A stretch of 59,235 nucleotides of DNA, the filler included, from Sphacelaria rigidula (lineage: Eukaryota): NCBI GenBank assembly GCA_964200075.2. It is 9 parts of 9 records of this genome, joined end to end, with 100 filler letters (N's around TTAATTAATTAA, not from the genome) between each part and the next. Parts side by side here need not be neighbours in the genome. Positions count along the whole stretch, not along the records: positions 1 to 6,494 come from CAXNAA020019749.1; positions 6,595 to 13,087 come from CAXNAA020019750.1; 7 more parts are not named here. One strand, written 5' to 3'. Positions 1 through 13,187 of this stretch are shown here, one piece after another (position 1 is the stretch's first letter; each line of letters starts with the position of its first letter). Both the position numbers and the translations under genes were made by a program. The notes beneath the pieces were generated by a model. The model worked only from the letters and a program-made list of their open reading frames with translations. It made no database searches and was not told where the DNA came from.

Positions 1-1299
1 CCCTGCAAGGGAGGGATGGGATTTCAACCTCATATTTTGTTTCAACCCCAAAAATTAGGATCGGCTGTTAGAGGGTTTCGAGGTTACCAACTGAGCCACC
101 GGGGCGATGAGCTGTCCAGCTGAAAAATAAGCATCCCAAGTCGCTTTTTGGCTCGCCCAGAAAAACTCCAAACCATCGTCGAATAAGCTTTACGTAGAAA
201 AATCGGTTCGGAATCGCCTCGAATTGATGTGTTTACCGTGCTTATGAACGTTTCGTATTTTTGTGCTCCTCGCCACTCCATTCCGTTTCACCGATTTGGG
301 GAGGCATGGGGGAAGGGGGTGCAGTATAATTTACGACGTTATTGGCGCAAATAAATAGCTTGGTTTGACTCGAAAATTTATTTGCGATAAAAGCTTCGAC
401 ATCACCGTCTAGGTTCGACCTGATCTTTTATTGCGAAAAATGCCGTCGTTGGCGACATATCTATAACACAATAACTGAAACGACCAAAAAAAGAAAAAAG
501 TGCGGGATTCCTCATCTCCGCCCACAAATTAGCCTACAGTAAGTGTTCAGTTGCGTTTGCCTCCGAAACCCCTGAAACGTCGGGTGAAACGCCACACGTG
601 AAATATCGGTTCGGGATCGCCTCGAGAAAATGTCTTCACCACGTTTTTTGTTGTCTTGTTTTTTTTTCATGCTCCTTGGCAGTCGATGCTGTATCGCCGA
701 CCAATTGATTTGGGGGGGACCCAGGCGTGTCGTTACCTGTTGATCCAAGGACGTCCACTCTTTTGACTTAAATTTTCCATTGCGAGTAAAAGCTCTAACA
801 TTACCGTCTTTCCTCCACTGTAGTAAATCTTCGCGATACTCCGATCTCTCTACTTAGTACCCTTCATTGTCTCTGACCGAACCTCACTGCTCTAGTGTAC
901 TTGTTTCCAGTTACGCAACCGAGGAAATGCTCGTGGATCTCGTCAAGCAACTCCAATCACGTCTAATCTCATGTGCCGGAGGCAGCGAGGAGTGTTGGAA
1001 TTAACTTTTGGAACGCGGATCTGCAGCGACATCGGATGCGGAAGGGTTTTACACGTCGGGCGGGAGTCAGATCGCGCACATGTTTTTGTGGAAGGCGGAG
1101 GGCGGAGGGCGCAAAATATGTTGTGGAAATCGTGAACCACTAGCTGGTGAGTCGCGTTCAGTTGTCTCTCACGCTGTATTCACTACAATTTGGGAAATAC
1201 CGATCCACGAGCATGCATACAAGTGAGGCGTCTGTTTAACGCGTGCGATTCCGAGGGAACACTTGCCCGCCAGTAATCTTCTCGGTGTGATCCCACCCA

Positions 1300-2165
1300 T
1301 GGTGGAGTGATCAACCTTTGATAAAAAGCAGGGAGACAAGGCTGACCGAGGAAATTATAGAGGGATAAAGCTACTGAGCACGGTAAGGAAAACATTCCGT
1401 AAGGTTCTGAACGATAGAGTTCGAACGATGCTAGAATAGGGAGAAAAAACAGCGAGGGACCAGCAGGTTTGAGACCAAACAGTAGTTGCGTAGACCATGC
1501 GCACACACCAGGTAATAGTATTCAAGGTAGGAAAGACGACGGGCGTTTTCTTTCTGGACGTACGAAAGATAATGCCACAGTATGGAGAAATGGGCTGTGA
1601 AAAACTCGTGGGAAACTGGGATCAGAGGAACGATGCGGAGAATGGTGAACATTACAGACGGTGCCAAAAGTGCAATGGTGCCAAACGGGGAAATATCGAA
1701 ATACTTTGATATTTTACAGGAGGAGTTGCACAACGATGAACGTAATCACTCTCTTTAATCAAGGTACTTATTCATGACGAGATTGTAGCAATAGAAGCAG
1801 CAAAGCAACGAGTCAAGGTGGGTGTAGACATGGTATCAGGATTGATGTTCGTGGATGATTTCGTGGGGATATCAAGAACATCAGAAGGATTGCAGAAACA
1901 AACAGAGAAGACGTAGAATACTCTAGGAAATGGAAAGTGACAGCAAACATTAGCAAATGCGAGGTACGCGTCAGTAACGAAGATGACAAAAATCCGGTAG
2001 AGTTCAAATGGAAGTGGGGAGAAGAGCAACTGCCGATCGTAGAACAGTATACATACCTTGGTGTAGAGATGTAAAATATCTTTCCTTGGCATGCACACAT
2101 TCATGAAGTAATGGAAAAGGGTGAGGCACAGGTAGGCAGATTTCGAGAGTGCGAAAAGATGAAGG
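1300..2165 (+). pseudogene. Degenerate non-LTR retrotransposon (LINE) reverse transcriptase fragment
   Basis: Manual translation across frameshifts and stops gives LINE RT motifs in order: GDKADRGNYRGIKLLSTV, GLRPNSSCVDH, FFLDVRK, SGLMFVDDFVGISRTSEGLQKQ (FADD-type catalytic motif, about 1843-1870), WKVTANISKC, LPIVEQYTYLGVE, SWHAHI. Boundaries approximate. Confidence 0.9.
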
Positions 2166-4229
2166 TTCAGAAGTGTTTGAGGTAATCAAGAATCAAAACA
2201 TGCGGTGGTATCCAACAGAAAAAACAACGGACAAAGCAGAACCCGTTCAACATTGTGACCAACATTCTGAATATGTCACAACTACGCGTACTGTACGTAT
2301 ATCGATGTTTTCGACGACCGCATTCATTCCCAGCGCATTGACGTCGGGAGCGCACGTACAAAATTTCTGGTCAAAGTTCTTCCCGTTGGGCCGCACATGC
2401 CACTTTTCTTCGTGAAAGCGGTGCACCCCGTGGTCTACCCAGTATGAGGGGCTTCCATGAAGCCGGAACATCTCGCAAAAATCCAAGGACCTTTTTATCT
2501 CTCGAAAAAAAATCTTGTTTGAAACTGCCTTTTTCGCCCTTCTCTGTCGTTTCACGCCCGAAAAGAGGGTTGGACTGATGTTGACACCTTGTAACGACTT
2601 GTTTTTCTGATTGAAATCGTTCCAGGGCATATTTTCGTTCCCGGAGGTAAGACGTTTCCCCTAGACAGAGATTTCATTTCCAATAAGAGGCGGTTAGGTA
2701 CTAAAAAATCAGAGGAGGAAGTGCCATTTTTCTATCCTCTCCACCGTAGCGTGACACGGGATTGTGCGAATCGAGGATGGATTTTTTGTCCTGTGTGTCG
2801 CCGATCCACAGCAATCTCGTCGCATTTTTTTCTGCGGGCCAAGGCGGACTTCATCGCTGCCGAACTACAACCCGCCGATAATCGCATGAAGGATGACGCA
2901 GGTGCCGACATTTCTTGCCGTTGTTGCCTCTTTGACGTTAATTCAAAGTTGAAAAGATTTATTTGCGCCCCTCCCCTGTTTCCCGTGGAGCGTGCTATTC
3001 CTGTTCCGTCATGATGTACATGAGGTAGTATCCTCGTTTTCAGAAGCACCCTCTCCGTTACATCTTTGATGTTTCTTCTCTTGCTGAAAATTGTTGTTTG
3101 TCGCCGTCATTACCCCCGCAGTGCTTGCAGATTGCACTATCCAGCTTCAATTCTGGAGAAAGAGCGAGTGAGGAGAGATTGGTCGAAGGCTACGGCCTTC
3201 CCTTCGACATCAAACCGCCCGCAAACGCCCGCATTCGACAACCTCATCCGGTTTTCTGAAAGTGTGCCGGGCCGTACCTATCCCCCGACGGACCTCACGA
3301 AACAAATCACGGCCCGCAGTGCCGAGCGTTGTTTGGTGGGCTCAGGATGTGTCACGAGTTGGCGGGAGTTAGTCTCAATTCCCATGAGCAGAATTACCCC
3401 AAAAAAGAAAATGTCGCGTTCTCTGAATATCGTGGGCTGTGATTCATTTGTTTTCATGGTGACTCTCGTCTGTGAGCTCGAGAACCAGGCGGTCAACGGC
3501 AGGACGGTGGATCGCCTCGAGAACAGCGTAGTCGGGCACTCCAAAGAACATCTCGTGGGATGCAAAATGGACATGTGGCACTGCGGGCGGTGCTTTTATC
3601 GGACTCCCCTGATGCGATATTTTCATCGGTTTGGTAGAATTACCAAGACGTTTTGGAGCGGAGACGTGGTTTTGTTTTGTTATTATTTTATCATTATTAT
3701 CTCCTCACATTAGTCCGATCTCGCGAACCCGTGGTTACAGACGTTTAAGGCGTACAAATGATCATTTTTGCTAGGACCCCGAAGGTGCTTCTCGAGGTTT
3801 ACACTTGAAATGGTGAATGCTACCGTATTTGTGCTGGTACGTTGCAATTTGGTGTCCGGATGTTTTGTACGGTCAGTGTATGTGCTTCAGGGGCGCAGGG
3901 GTGTTACAGGAACAAAGGTTATTTGTTTTTGTATACGTTTACTACACCATCGATGATCTTGGTCCACGTGCATTGCACGCCCCGCTTGGAATCGCTGCAC
4001 GACCCGACGGCCGTTTTCTTTCAGTCGACCGGTTTTGCACACATGAAAATTCCGGGCTTTACGAGCTAATTTTCCCCAAATATCACACCATGGATGATAA
4101 AGAAGTGACCGAAGTTCACGAGGAAAACGAACGAAAGTAGTTGAATCCATTTGAATTCAAGATAATATGATATACTTTACATGAGTCATGAAGAAAAAAA
4201 ACGATTTCATGATCGACGAGGGACAGGGA

Positions 4230-4471
4230 GTGAGGGATCCTGCGATAGGGTCTGCACTTTTGGGGCCAAAACCGGCCTGAGAAAATTCAATATCTGAGAA
4301 CATTGTGACCTCCGCCCGAACCTCAGACTAGAATTATCTCATGGGTCATGGATGCATGTTCCACCCTGAGGCTCTAAGAACTGTGGTGAGAGTCAAAGGT
4401 GATTGGACATGCCTAAATCCCGACTTCCTCTCAGGCCGCAAAAGTGCAGACCCTATCGCAGCATCACTCAC
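4230..4471. repeat. MITE-like element bounded by inverted repeats
   Basis: CTGCGATAGGGTCTGCACTTTTG (4240-4262) is the perfect reverse complement of 4439-4461. Imperfect pairing extends about 10 bp further outward. Confidence 0.75.
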
Positions 4472-5201
4472 AAGGTCATCACAGGGTCTCCACAGGGTGC
4501 TCGCCTTGACAGGCACCCCACAGGGTGTAGCCGAGTGTCCACCGGTGTAGCCTGTTGTCATGCCGCTTCAGACCCGCTGTCGAAGTCTGGCTTTCGGTAA
4601 TATTGGGAATCCCAGTAGACAAGATAGCAGGTCTGTTCAGAGTTGGTCGGGTTCGGCTGTGAGCTTGTATATTGGTAAAAGATGGCGAGATAAATCGTCT
4701 GGGACCGATATAACTCGCCCACCCTCCAGCACTATCAACTGCTTCTCTATTGCCCTCCAGCAAAAGAAGTCCAACTATCGGTGAGATGCATTGGGTCGAA
4801 TTGGACTGATTGAGTGGGTACTGGAGTTAGAATCAAGATAATCAAGAGAGAAATGAAGAAGCTATTCGCGTGAACCTCGTCTGATATTGTGTTAAGCTGT
4901 GTTTAGCAGTGTACAGAGCTTTGCCAGCCTGACTGTGGTCCGCTGGCCTTGTGAGCCTGTACCTTGGGCTACAACCTGTGTCCCTGCATTATACTGCCGC
5001 TTGCTTTATCAGATAATGCGGTATTACTCCAGCCTATGATGAGCTTTTCCCGAAGGGTTTTTTCCTCAGTTTCGCCGCACCCATGCCCCACGCTTCAAAT
5101 CCGTTCTCTTCTCCTACTCCACTGGCGAAGTGTTGTTTGCCCCGGCACAAGAAGCTCGAAGCGACCACCCTCACTTGAAACCTCCGGTCAAAAGCCTTCC
5201 T

Positions 5202-5637
5202 ATGTCATCTTCGACCACGAATGCTGCTGGGAGTGCCTCCCAAGCGCCGAGGAGAAAGAGTTCGAGCAATGCAGAAAGGGCGACTGTGATTCGCGACCTT
5301 CTGGCTGATAGCAAAGATGGTACCCTACGGCGTGGTCACTTGAAGGCAACGGCGGACAAGTAGAACTGGGGCTGGCGCACCGTAAGGCTGCTTTGGGAAA
5401 GTTATAAGGAGCTCAAGGAAGCCGGAGTTGCTACTCCACATCAGACACCCCGTCGGAAGGAAAACAGCAGTAGGAAGCGCATTGACTTGAAAGGATTATG
5501 TGAGCACCTGCGGGATATTCCGCTGAACGACAGAACAGCCGTGCGCCGCTTGGCGGCGGTGCTTGATATCCCGAGGTCCACGCTTCATGAGAACCTGCAG
5601 GCACTTGGGTTGAGGGCGCACTCAAACGCAATTTCCC
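5202..5637 (+). pseudogene. Truncated Tc1/mariner-type transposase, N-terminal DNA-binding region
   Basis: From ATG 5202, reading through one TAG (5361-5363): ...NAERATVIRDLLADSKDGTLRRGHLKATADK*NWGWRTVRLLWESY...RRKENSSRKRIDLKGLCEHLRDIPLNDRTAVRRLAAVLDIPRSTLHENLQALGLRAHSNAI. This resembles the double-HTH of plant/stramenopile mariner-like transposases. No DDD domain follows. Confidence 0.7.
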
Positions 5638-5718
5638 CGTGAAAATGTGCTCCATGCTCCGGATTATCGGGTGCGATTTCCTCGTGAATAGGTGCTCCAT
5701 GCTCCGGATTATCGGGTG
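5631..5718. repeat. Two-copy tandem repeat, 45-bp period
   Basis: GTGCTCCATGCTCCGGATTATCGGGTG is identical at 5647-5673 and 5692-5718. It lies where the transposase frame breaks off. Confidence 0.85.
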
Positions 5719-6494
5719 AATCTACCCTGAAATTGCCAATCAGGGGACACGAAGCACCCATCCCTCCTCCTTTGTTGCTTTTTTCATGCATCCATATCAT
5801 AGTAGCCGATCATAATTCACACCTAATGAAGACAAAAATCATCAACAATGGGGTATTTGGCAGCTTTGGCGAAACCTACACAATGTTCCTGGAAATCCAA
5901 ACCCACACTACATTTCCGGCCAGATAGAGTATTATGTGACGAAGCTCAGTGGCATCGCAAGCTATCACAATGTGCGGGTCTGCTCGTAGACCCTGGATCC
6001 CGTGACGCGTTGTTACCGCGTTTGTTTTTGTCATTAGTTAGGAGTGTTCGGGCGCGACCAGATGCCACCCCGAACCATCTCGATCAGTTGCTGGCTTTGC
6101 CTTGGTCTCTGACCTAGCTCTGCAATTCTGGCATCTTCATTACGCTCTGCTCCTATGGCTGCGTCCTGGCTGTACTGAGTAAGACAGCTGCTTGTAGATA
6201 TAATATGATACTATCAAACACGTGAGTCCCCAATCAGCAGTTACATTAATAAACCTACTGTGTGATTGTGCATTGATTGATAGCTATAGGCCGTACGGTG
6301 TGCCCAAGTGAGAGCTTGGTTCAGCTGGAACCAATGGTATCTCCTGGCACTCGTACTGAGAGACCTCAGCCAATGCATCAGCTACTCCATCATCACGACA
6401 ATTACTGAGGGACATTCTCTACGATAGCCCCCCCCCAAAAAGTGCATGTTTTTGGGAGGCAAAATCTTAACGTAAATCGAAATGGGAAAGGCCG

Positions 6495-6594
6495 NNNNNN
6501 NNNNNNNNNNNNNNNNNNNNNNNNNNNNNNNNNNNNNNTTAATTAATTAANNNNNNNNNNNNNNNNNNNNNNNNNNNNNNNNNNNNNNNNNNNN
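6495..6594. other. Artificial contig spacer (N44-TTAATTAATTAA-N44)
   Basis: Identical 100-bp linker with stops in all six frames, recurring eight times. Confidence 0.98.
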
Positions 6595-6880
6595 CTATGG
6601 AGATGCCGCCAACCCTAACGCTAACCCTAACCCTAACCCCGACCAAGGCATACCGAGAACCCTCGGGCAAGGGGGTGCAGAGTGTTCCCTAGGCAAAGTG
6701 TGCGTTGCCACAGCTCAAATCGACGCCTTTCAGCCGATTTTGGACCAAAACACGTTCTGGACGAGCTGGGTCCACTGCTCACCTGCCCCAGACCATGAAC
6801 TTTCTCAGAACTTTGTTGAGTCTAAAATCGAGTAAAATCGAGTACCAACCATTGTTTACGTACAAATCCTTAGGTCTACT
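6595..6880 (+). repeat. Dispersed repeat family A, containing (CCCTAA)-like units
   Basis: Colinear similarity with 21747-22060 (CTATGGAGATGCC.CCAACCCTAACGCTAACC...CGACCAAGGCATACCGAGAAC...AGCTCAAATCGACGCCTTT...CACTGCTCACCTGCCCCA...AAATCGAGTACCAA). Confidence 0.85.
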
Positions 6881-7624
6881 GGAAAAATTCAATGTCGAGC
6901 ATGAACGCGGGTCCACTTCAAATCGGGTTAATATTGATCGCTCTATGCAACTTTCACAAAAGTCCAATGAAACTATTCGAATGTATCCTCGAACGTCTAA
7001 TCGAACCCAAATGCACTTTCCCCCAGTTTTGATATTGTTGAGGCTTGTACAACCGAACTGCTACACTCGTAGGCTGCTGTCAGTACGGACAGCAACGAAA
7101 TTTCAGTAACCTTCCGGGCTGAACTACTGCCTTCTACTTAACTACTGTCGTTGCTCGAAATCTGTTCTCAGGCAACACCTTATTGGTCAGCGCTTGACGG
7201 CGTAGGTCACGAATGCAATGGGATAAACCAAAGTACAGCCTGTAGCTCTACCCAATGCTCGAGTGGTTACTGACATCATGCCCAACTCTAACCAAAAAAT
7301 ATGTAGAGTACAGTATATCGAAATCGTATCCGATTCACCCGTAACTTCGGTATATGTATCACTACCTGAGTGGTATTGTACCGTGCGGTGTATTCTGATC
7401 ACCGTCGCCGCAGCGTACGGAGTGACTTGTCATTCAACTCGTTCCATCTCCAAGGCACCCCGTTTCAATACAGTAGCGACAGAGTATGGTGTCATTTCCC
7501 TTCTTACCTCTTGTCTGGCACCTTGTACGGGCCACCAGCCCAACGAAGCTGACGAACTCGACAGGTGGAGCACTCAGGCACGCGGTCGTGTTGTCATGTT
7601 ACTCGAGAAAATACGTTCTGAAAA

Positions 7625-7830
7625 TCAAACGGGGAAACTTGAAAGGGTTGGACGAATCATCGTTGGTTCGAATCACCAAATTTTCGATTTCTTAGATTTT
7701 CGTCGTTGGAAATATGAGAAAAAAGTTGATCCCAGGTCTACAAAGTCTCGACGCATTTTTCGCCCTCATCCACGTGCCTGGGGTGGCAAAGCCTGGGGTG
7801 CAAGGCGGAAAAGAAAGCCTAAGGGTTGAT
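7625..7830 (+). repeat. Dispersed repeat family B (probable non-autonomous DNA transposon fragment)
   Basis: Colinear similarity with about 25215-25412 (ACGAATCATCG.TGGTTC.AA.CACCAAAT...CACGTGCCTGGG...TGGGGTGCAA...AAGGGTTG). Confidence 0.7.
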
Positions 7831-8257
7831 TCGGAAAGTACGAATGAATCCAGTTTTCCAAAAGCACGCGAAAGTTTGAATTTTCCAGACGAATCACCAT
7901 TCATTCGTCATACCCTTGCAAACGTCACGTGAAAATCAAGAAATCTCCATTTGGTCTCGTCCCCCAATCCAGGCCAGATTGGGACCCGTCGTGGGCGAAA
8001 TCTTGATGGGTTCCAGTCGGCGTATATAGGTCCATAGATTTGTGTCACCATCGGTATAACTGGTCTAAAAGTCGCTCCTCTCGCGGGCGGTACGCGCAGC
8101 AGTGGCGTGCTGCGGGATGCACTGATTTCCCATGCCACAAGGAATGCATCACCAACATGAAACTCGGATGGGACAGTCCCCGACCGAGTGTGTCGTAGTG
8201 CTGTAATAAGAACGCAACCAGGAGTAGGGAGGAGAAAAGGTAAACGTCCCGACTGCA

Positions 8258-8283
8258 ATGTGTGTGTGTGTGTGTGTGTGTGT
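8258..8283. repeat. (TG)n microsatellite
   Basis: Run of TG dinucleotides. Confidence 0.95.
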
Positions 8284-11200
8284 TGTCATCCCATTTATTC
8301 GGGACGCCAGTCTACACCTTTCGGTGTATGTAGGCGCACCAGCCGCGGGGTCACACAGGAGGAAGCTCAACAGAGGAGTTTTTTCTTGTTTGTTTTTAAT
8401 TGTCCATCTCCGTTCTGCGGTGGTAGCCTTTATTTTTATCGCGAGACTGCGCGAGAGGTTCAGCAGTGTCTCTTTCCCCCGTCGACCATTTAGTCTATTT
8501 GTATCAGAAAAGATCGCGCTGGTCAAAATAGGAGTCACTCTAGAATCTAGAACTTCTTGAAGTAATCAATAAATGAGCGAACACGATCTCACCCATGATG
8601 AAGTCCCGCCATCTGCCCAGATATGCAAGCAGTATACACAGCAGCAGCTGATGATGATAGGCGTGGGCCTTGGCATGTCACAGGGACAGATGAGCGAAAA
8701 CGTTGCTGTGGCTCTTACGGGGTAGGTCGTTAGGTTTTTCAAGAAACTGTTCTTGAGTGTTTTTCAGACGAATGTGAGAAGATTAGCATGTACAATATGT
8801 ACGCGTCTTTACGGTGGCGATCGACGAAGAACAGATCGCGCAATCTAGACAACCATAGCCGGCAGCAATTATATTGTAGTAGCTGTAGAAGTGTGAGTAC
8901 CAGGGTGGTCCACCTGAATCAGATCAAGAAATTGGACGAAACTTCATCTATCTAATGCACATATAGTGTAGAAGAGGAATAGGTGATCTCTACCTCACTA
9001 GGCGGTGGGATTCCGTCCACCTGGGACATTTCGTCGGTGATTTTGCGTAGACGTTCTATTTGTGTGGTGCACAACCACAGTCAAGATAAAACAGTACATC
9101 AGTTGCGCAGGAGATTTTCCAGATTCAAATCGAAACATGTGTGAGGCTGCAAGGTTCTGTCACTGCATGTGATGCCAACCTCCAACCGTGTTCTAGGTGA
9201 ATAGACAGAGACACGAGCAAAAGTCCGCGCCGGTACAACACCAATCGCAATGCGTGTGTAGTAAGGCATGCTCCTTATATTTTATCGTCCGCCGTGAGAG
9301 GATACCAGCGGACATTCTACCGTCAACCCATCCTCATCATTGTGGACTCATTGCTAAAAAAAATCTTGATTAGATGTCGACCTTGTGATTTGACCGTTAC
9401 GCATCACAGACCAACAATGTAAAAATGCTTCTTTCCCTACAAAACCGTCTGGACATAATTATACCAGATTTAGTGATACTGGTGCGCCATACTTTCCTTC
9501 GCAAACCTTCTCAAAACGCCAGTCACATCCGGCCCTTTTATTTTAATTCAGTAACCCGGCCGTGAGTCACGGTCCCCTCTACACGGCCGCAGAAGGCTCC
9601 CTTCGCGACTTCGGAAGATCTACGCGTGAGGCATTTCTCCTCGCAGTGGAGCAGATATAGCTTGTCAGGTAGGTAAGACGTATGCTGTTGTGCGTACGTT
9701 GGGCCTGTGTAGGCTTGGTTGATCGGGGACTTTGCGCTTCTTGTGTGTTTCTGTGTTTGCTTTCTGCAACGTGTTGTAGTGACCTGTACACAACTGTTTT
9801 CTAATGTACTGGCTGTATTGTACTGCTGTCTGTTCTACTGTCGACAAGTTGCGTGTTCGCTATCGAGGTGATCAAAATGGTTGCCGCGGAGGTCATGGCT
9901 GTTGTGGAGCAGCTGTGCAGCACTACAGTGGAGTGAACATAGTATTACAGTGCAGTATAGTATCGCAGTAAATCGATATCGATTCGATGTACCAGGTGCC
10001 ACGGTCATCATAGAAATTCAGGGACTCGGATGGCGTACCGTACCGTTGTAAGGTCTGCAGGTGACTGTCCCTGGCTATTCCTCCTCTTCGTTGTCGACCA
10101 AATCAGCTCTATTTTCTGGCACAAAAAGGGGTCGGTCGATCGGCCGGCGGTATTGTTGGTTCTCCTCTCGTTTCGATGACACTGGACTATATCCTGTGCT
10201 GCCGTACGACTGACTGTGTCAAGTCGCATCTTAGTTAATCCAAGCCATGAACCCGCCCCAACACTTCTTTTGATGTGAATCCTGTATGCACATACATGAT
10301 GTTCAACACATGGATACAGAGACGCACGCTGCCTTTTCGTTGATTATGCGTTGTTCGTTATACAAAGCACACAGGTATCTTGTGTCCCTACACACACGAA
10401 TCGTTGCTCTTCTCATTTCGTGCACATTACTGTACAGCAGTCGATTGACGCTGTAACAAACTGGCACAAAAACATCAAGAGCAAGTTTGGATTGAAGCCA
10501 CAACAAAAGCGCACAGACAGGATCAAACGTGAAAGCAAAGAAAAAGTCCCTTGGTTTGCGGCGGGTTTCTGCGGCTGCATGAACCTGCATACCCCAATTT
10601 ACAGGCGCAAAGCCCCTGTGGAGGCACGGAGAGAGAGCGAGAGAGATACGGGAAGCGTGGAGAACTGAGGAACAAGAGAAAGGGCGTCAACATTCGGCGG
10701 TTGCCCGCTGGCGGAAGCGGCGGGTTAGTCTTCGGGTGGGGTCGGCCAAAACTGTTCGACACATAACCGTGATCATTACAAGCCGTGGTGGCGCAAGGAA
10801 AAGGCTCGGGAAGGCGCCGCTGTTCTATTCCCGCTCCCCTGGCGAGGCGGGTGCTGCGCTGCTGCGCAGCAGCTGGCTGTTGAAGCCTCGACAGATAAAT
10901 AACGATGCCGTCGAATTTATTCGTGGTGATCTTCCCGCGAAAGGTTCAGGCGCACACGGTCTTCGTGACAAGACGAGAGAAGCCAAGATCTAAGTGGGCA
11001 GGGCTAAGGTCGCCGCCAGGAGTGTTTTCTGTCAGGTACGTTTTCTGGGCACAACGTCGTATGGTATTCCGATATGGGCTTTGTATTACTTTGCTTTTTT
11101 CTCCCTTCAGCTCCCTGCTGTGTGCATCGTTTGCCTTACATATGATATTTACACTTTTATTCATTGTAGACTATGTATCGATGATCAATTGTACTATTAT

Positions 11201-13087
11201 ACCAACTGAGATGTGTTGTCGTTCTGTAGGCTGCACGCTATATTATATGTACTAGGAAACCCAACTCTATCGTGTACTACTGTACTGTACCACTGTTGTT
11301 TCGCGTACGTACGGTATTCGCATGTGTACAGGTGATGAGGGTTAATATAACACCGTACGCGGTTTAGACTGGGGAGAGCAGCCTGGTTGCATTGATCGCT
11401 TATGTCCTCTACGATCGAGACTACTGTGTTACGGGCAACAACTACACGGCGTTGCACAGCGCAGGACTTCGTTGATCATATTCACTGCCCGAAATTCAAC
11501 TACGCGATGTTGATACTAGTATAGCTTCAAACCGCATGGGGGATACGTGCCTGCCACGCTATATGGCATTTTCCTGACTGGCGAGTCATGCTCCTTTGCG
11601 GTTGAAGTGCAAGGAGATGGGGACCGTGTAGAGTCGGCTACGTAGTACAGTCAATACTGGCGTTGCACTCAAATGCAATTTCCACATGTTATTTTAGATT
11701 GTGTCAGAGACAACGATTGCAGCTGCTTCCATAAATTCCCACTTTATAATTCGTCATCCAAGAGCGCTCGAGTTTGGCTGCTAAAACGAAAACAAAAACG
11801 CCTGTACACCTCGATTTTTGCTTTCATGCAGACGGTTTCACGTTTTGAATAAAAAACGCCCCTGGACGCCAACCGCGCGGTTGGAACGCTTCAGCTACCT
11901 CCACACTCCACACATTATCTTGCCGATATGGATATGCGAACGAACTTGTTCGACTTTCAATCATCGGGTGAAATAACGGCTACCACGTGCAAAAAAATGC
12001 GGTCCCTTTCTTTCTGTCTCTTTATTCTCCTTCACGTGTCCTGTACGTGAAGTGTTCAAAGTGTTCCGTATCCATATATATGTATGGGTTGGCTGGCTGT
12101 GCCGTGGATGGACCAGGGGATATTAAAAAAGCGTGATGACACCCATTCCGGTGTGATGTCAGCAATGGACCGCATTCATCGGTCGTATACATATATATAT
12201 ATATCCTGATGTTTATACACTCTTGAAGCGCTGTGTAGCTGGGTCCAGGTTCAGCACAGTTTGTACAAGAGGACTACACAGGTCCACTCGAGTCCCGTGC
12301 AGTTTGCTTGTTGAACCGTTCAGAAACAGTCATTTCTTGAACTGCGAACAGGCTCTTGCACTGTAGACAGGCCCGTGGGCTTTGCTAGCAGTCCCCTCAC
12401 TTTTCCACGAGTCGTTGGGAGATTTGACCTTCGATTCTACATGTCAGATTATCTGTACTGTCTGCAGCGGTAGTGCCTTTTCGCTCTGCCGTGGGTGCTT
12501 TACGGTAGGCACGGTACGGTACTATGCTTTGTTCATGCGCCGTGTTTTCTTTACTCTACTGCACTGACTGTACTCCCTGCTGTACGCTCTGCCCAACAAC
12601 CTGTTATGCGTTGTGTCATACGATCTTCCACACTCCTCTTCATTGCTATATCGATAATTTGGGGACTCTTGACGAGTGTATCCTAAAAGTGGAATATTTG
12701 TTTTGCCCTTGTCAACCGTTCATCATACTTACACTTGCCCACCGTGGGTGCGGGGCGGGTGCACAGATTTTTCCGGAAAATTTCCATGTGAACTTGATAT
12801 GACGAATACCCCTCAACAACATCCACTACAGCAGCAGCAACAGCAACAGCTCTGGGCCAATGAAGATGCGTTTGAAAGCACGTTTTGATAGCTACAAAGC
12901 ACCAACCGAGCTTTTTGGCATACTGCCCCCCGAATCGTCAGACACGTGTTTTGTTGGGGATTCTCGGATTCTTCACCGAGAGTTCCTCTGCACCGTTGTT
13001 TAGTGGCTGGATTCGTCTGCTTTTACTGTTAACCGGTCGCCCCGGTGGCTCAGTTGGTAACCTCGTAACCTTCTGGTGGTTGAGTCG

Positions 13088-13187
13088 NNNNNNNNNNNNN
13101 NNNNNNNNNNNNNNNNNNNNNNNNNNNNNNNTTAATTAATTAANNNNNNNNNNNNNNNNNNNNNNNNNNNNNNNNNNNNNNNNNNNN
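13088..13187. other. Artificial contig spacer
   Basis: N44-TTAATTAATTAA-N44. Confidence 0.98.

Noticed and set aside
3066..3713. 215-aa ORF, and similar ones such as 7263..7829, 20875..21432 and 23809..24420
   Set aside because: No recognisable domain, non-ATG starts, and some overlap dispersed repeats or an intron. Consistent with chance ORFs at about 50% GC.
6495..6594. TTAATTAATTAA palindrome recurring about every 6.6 kb
   Set aside because: Artificial six-frame-stop linker inside N runs joining size-sorted contigs. The periodicity is not biological, and ORFs ending in XXXXLIN are artefacts.
6612..6640. Possible telomere at contig start
   Set aside because: Only about four imperfect units, embedded in a dispersed repeat that also occurs mid-contig at 21747.
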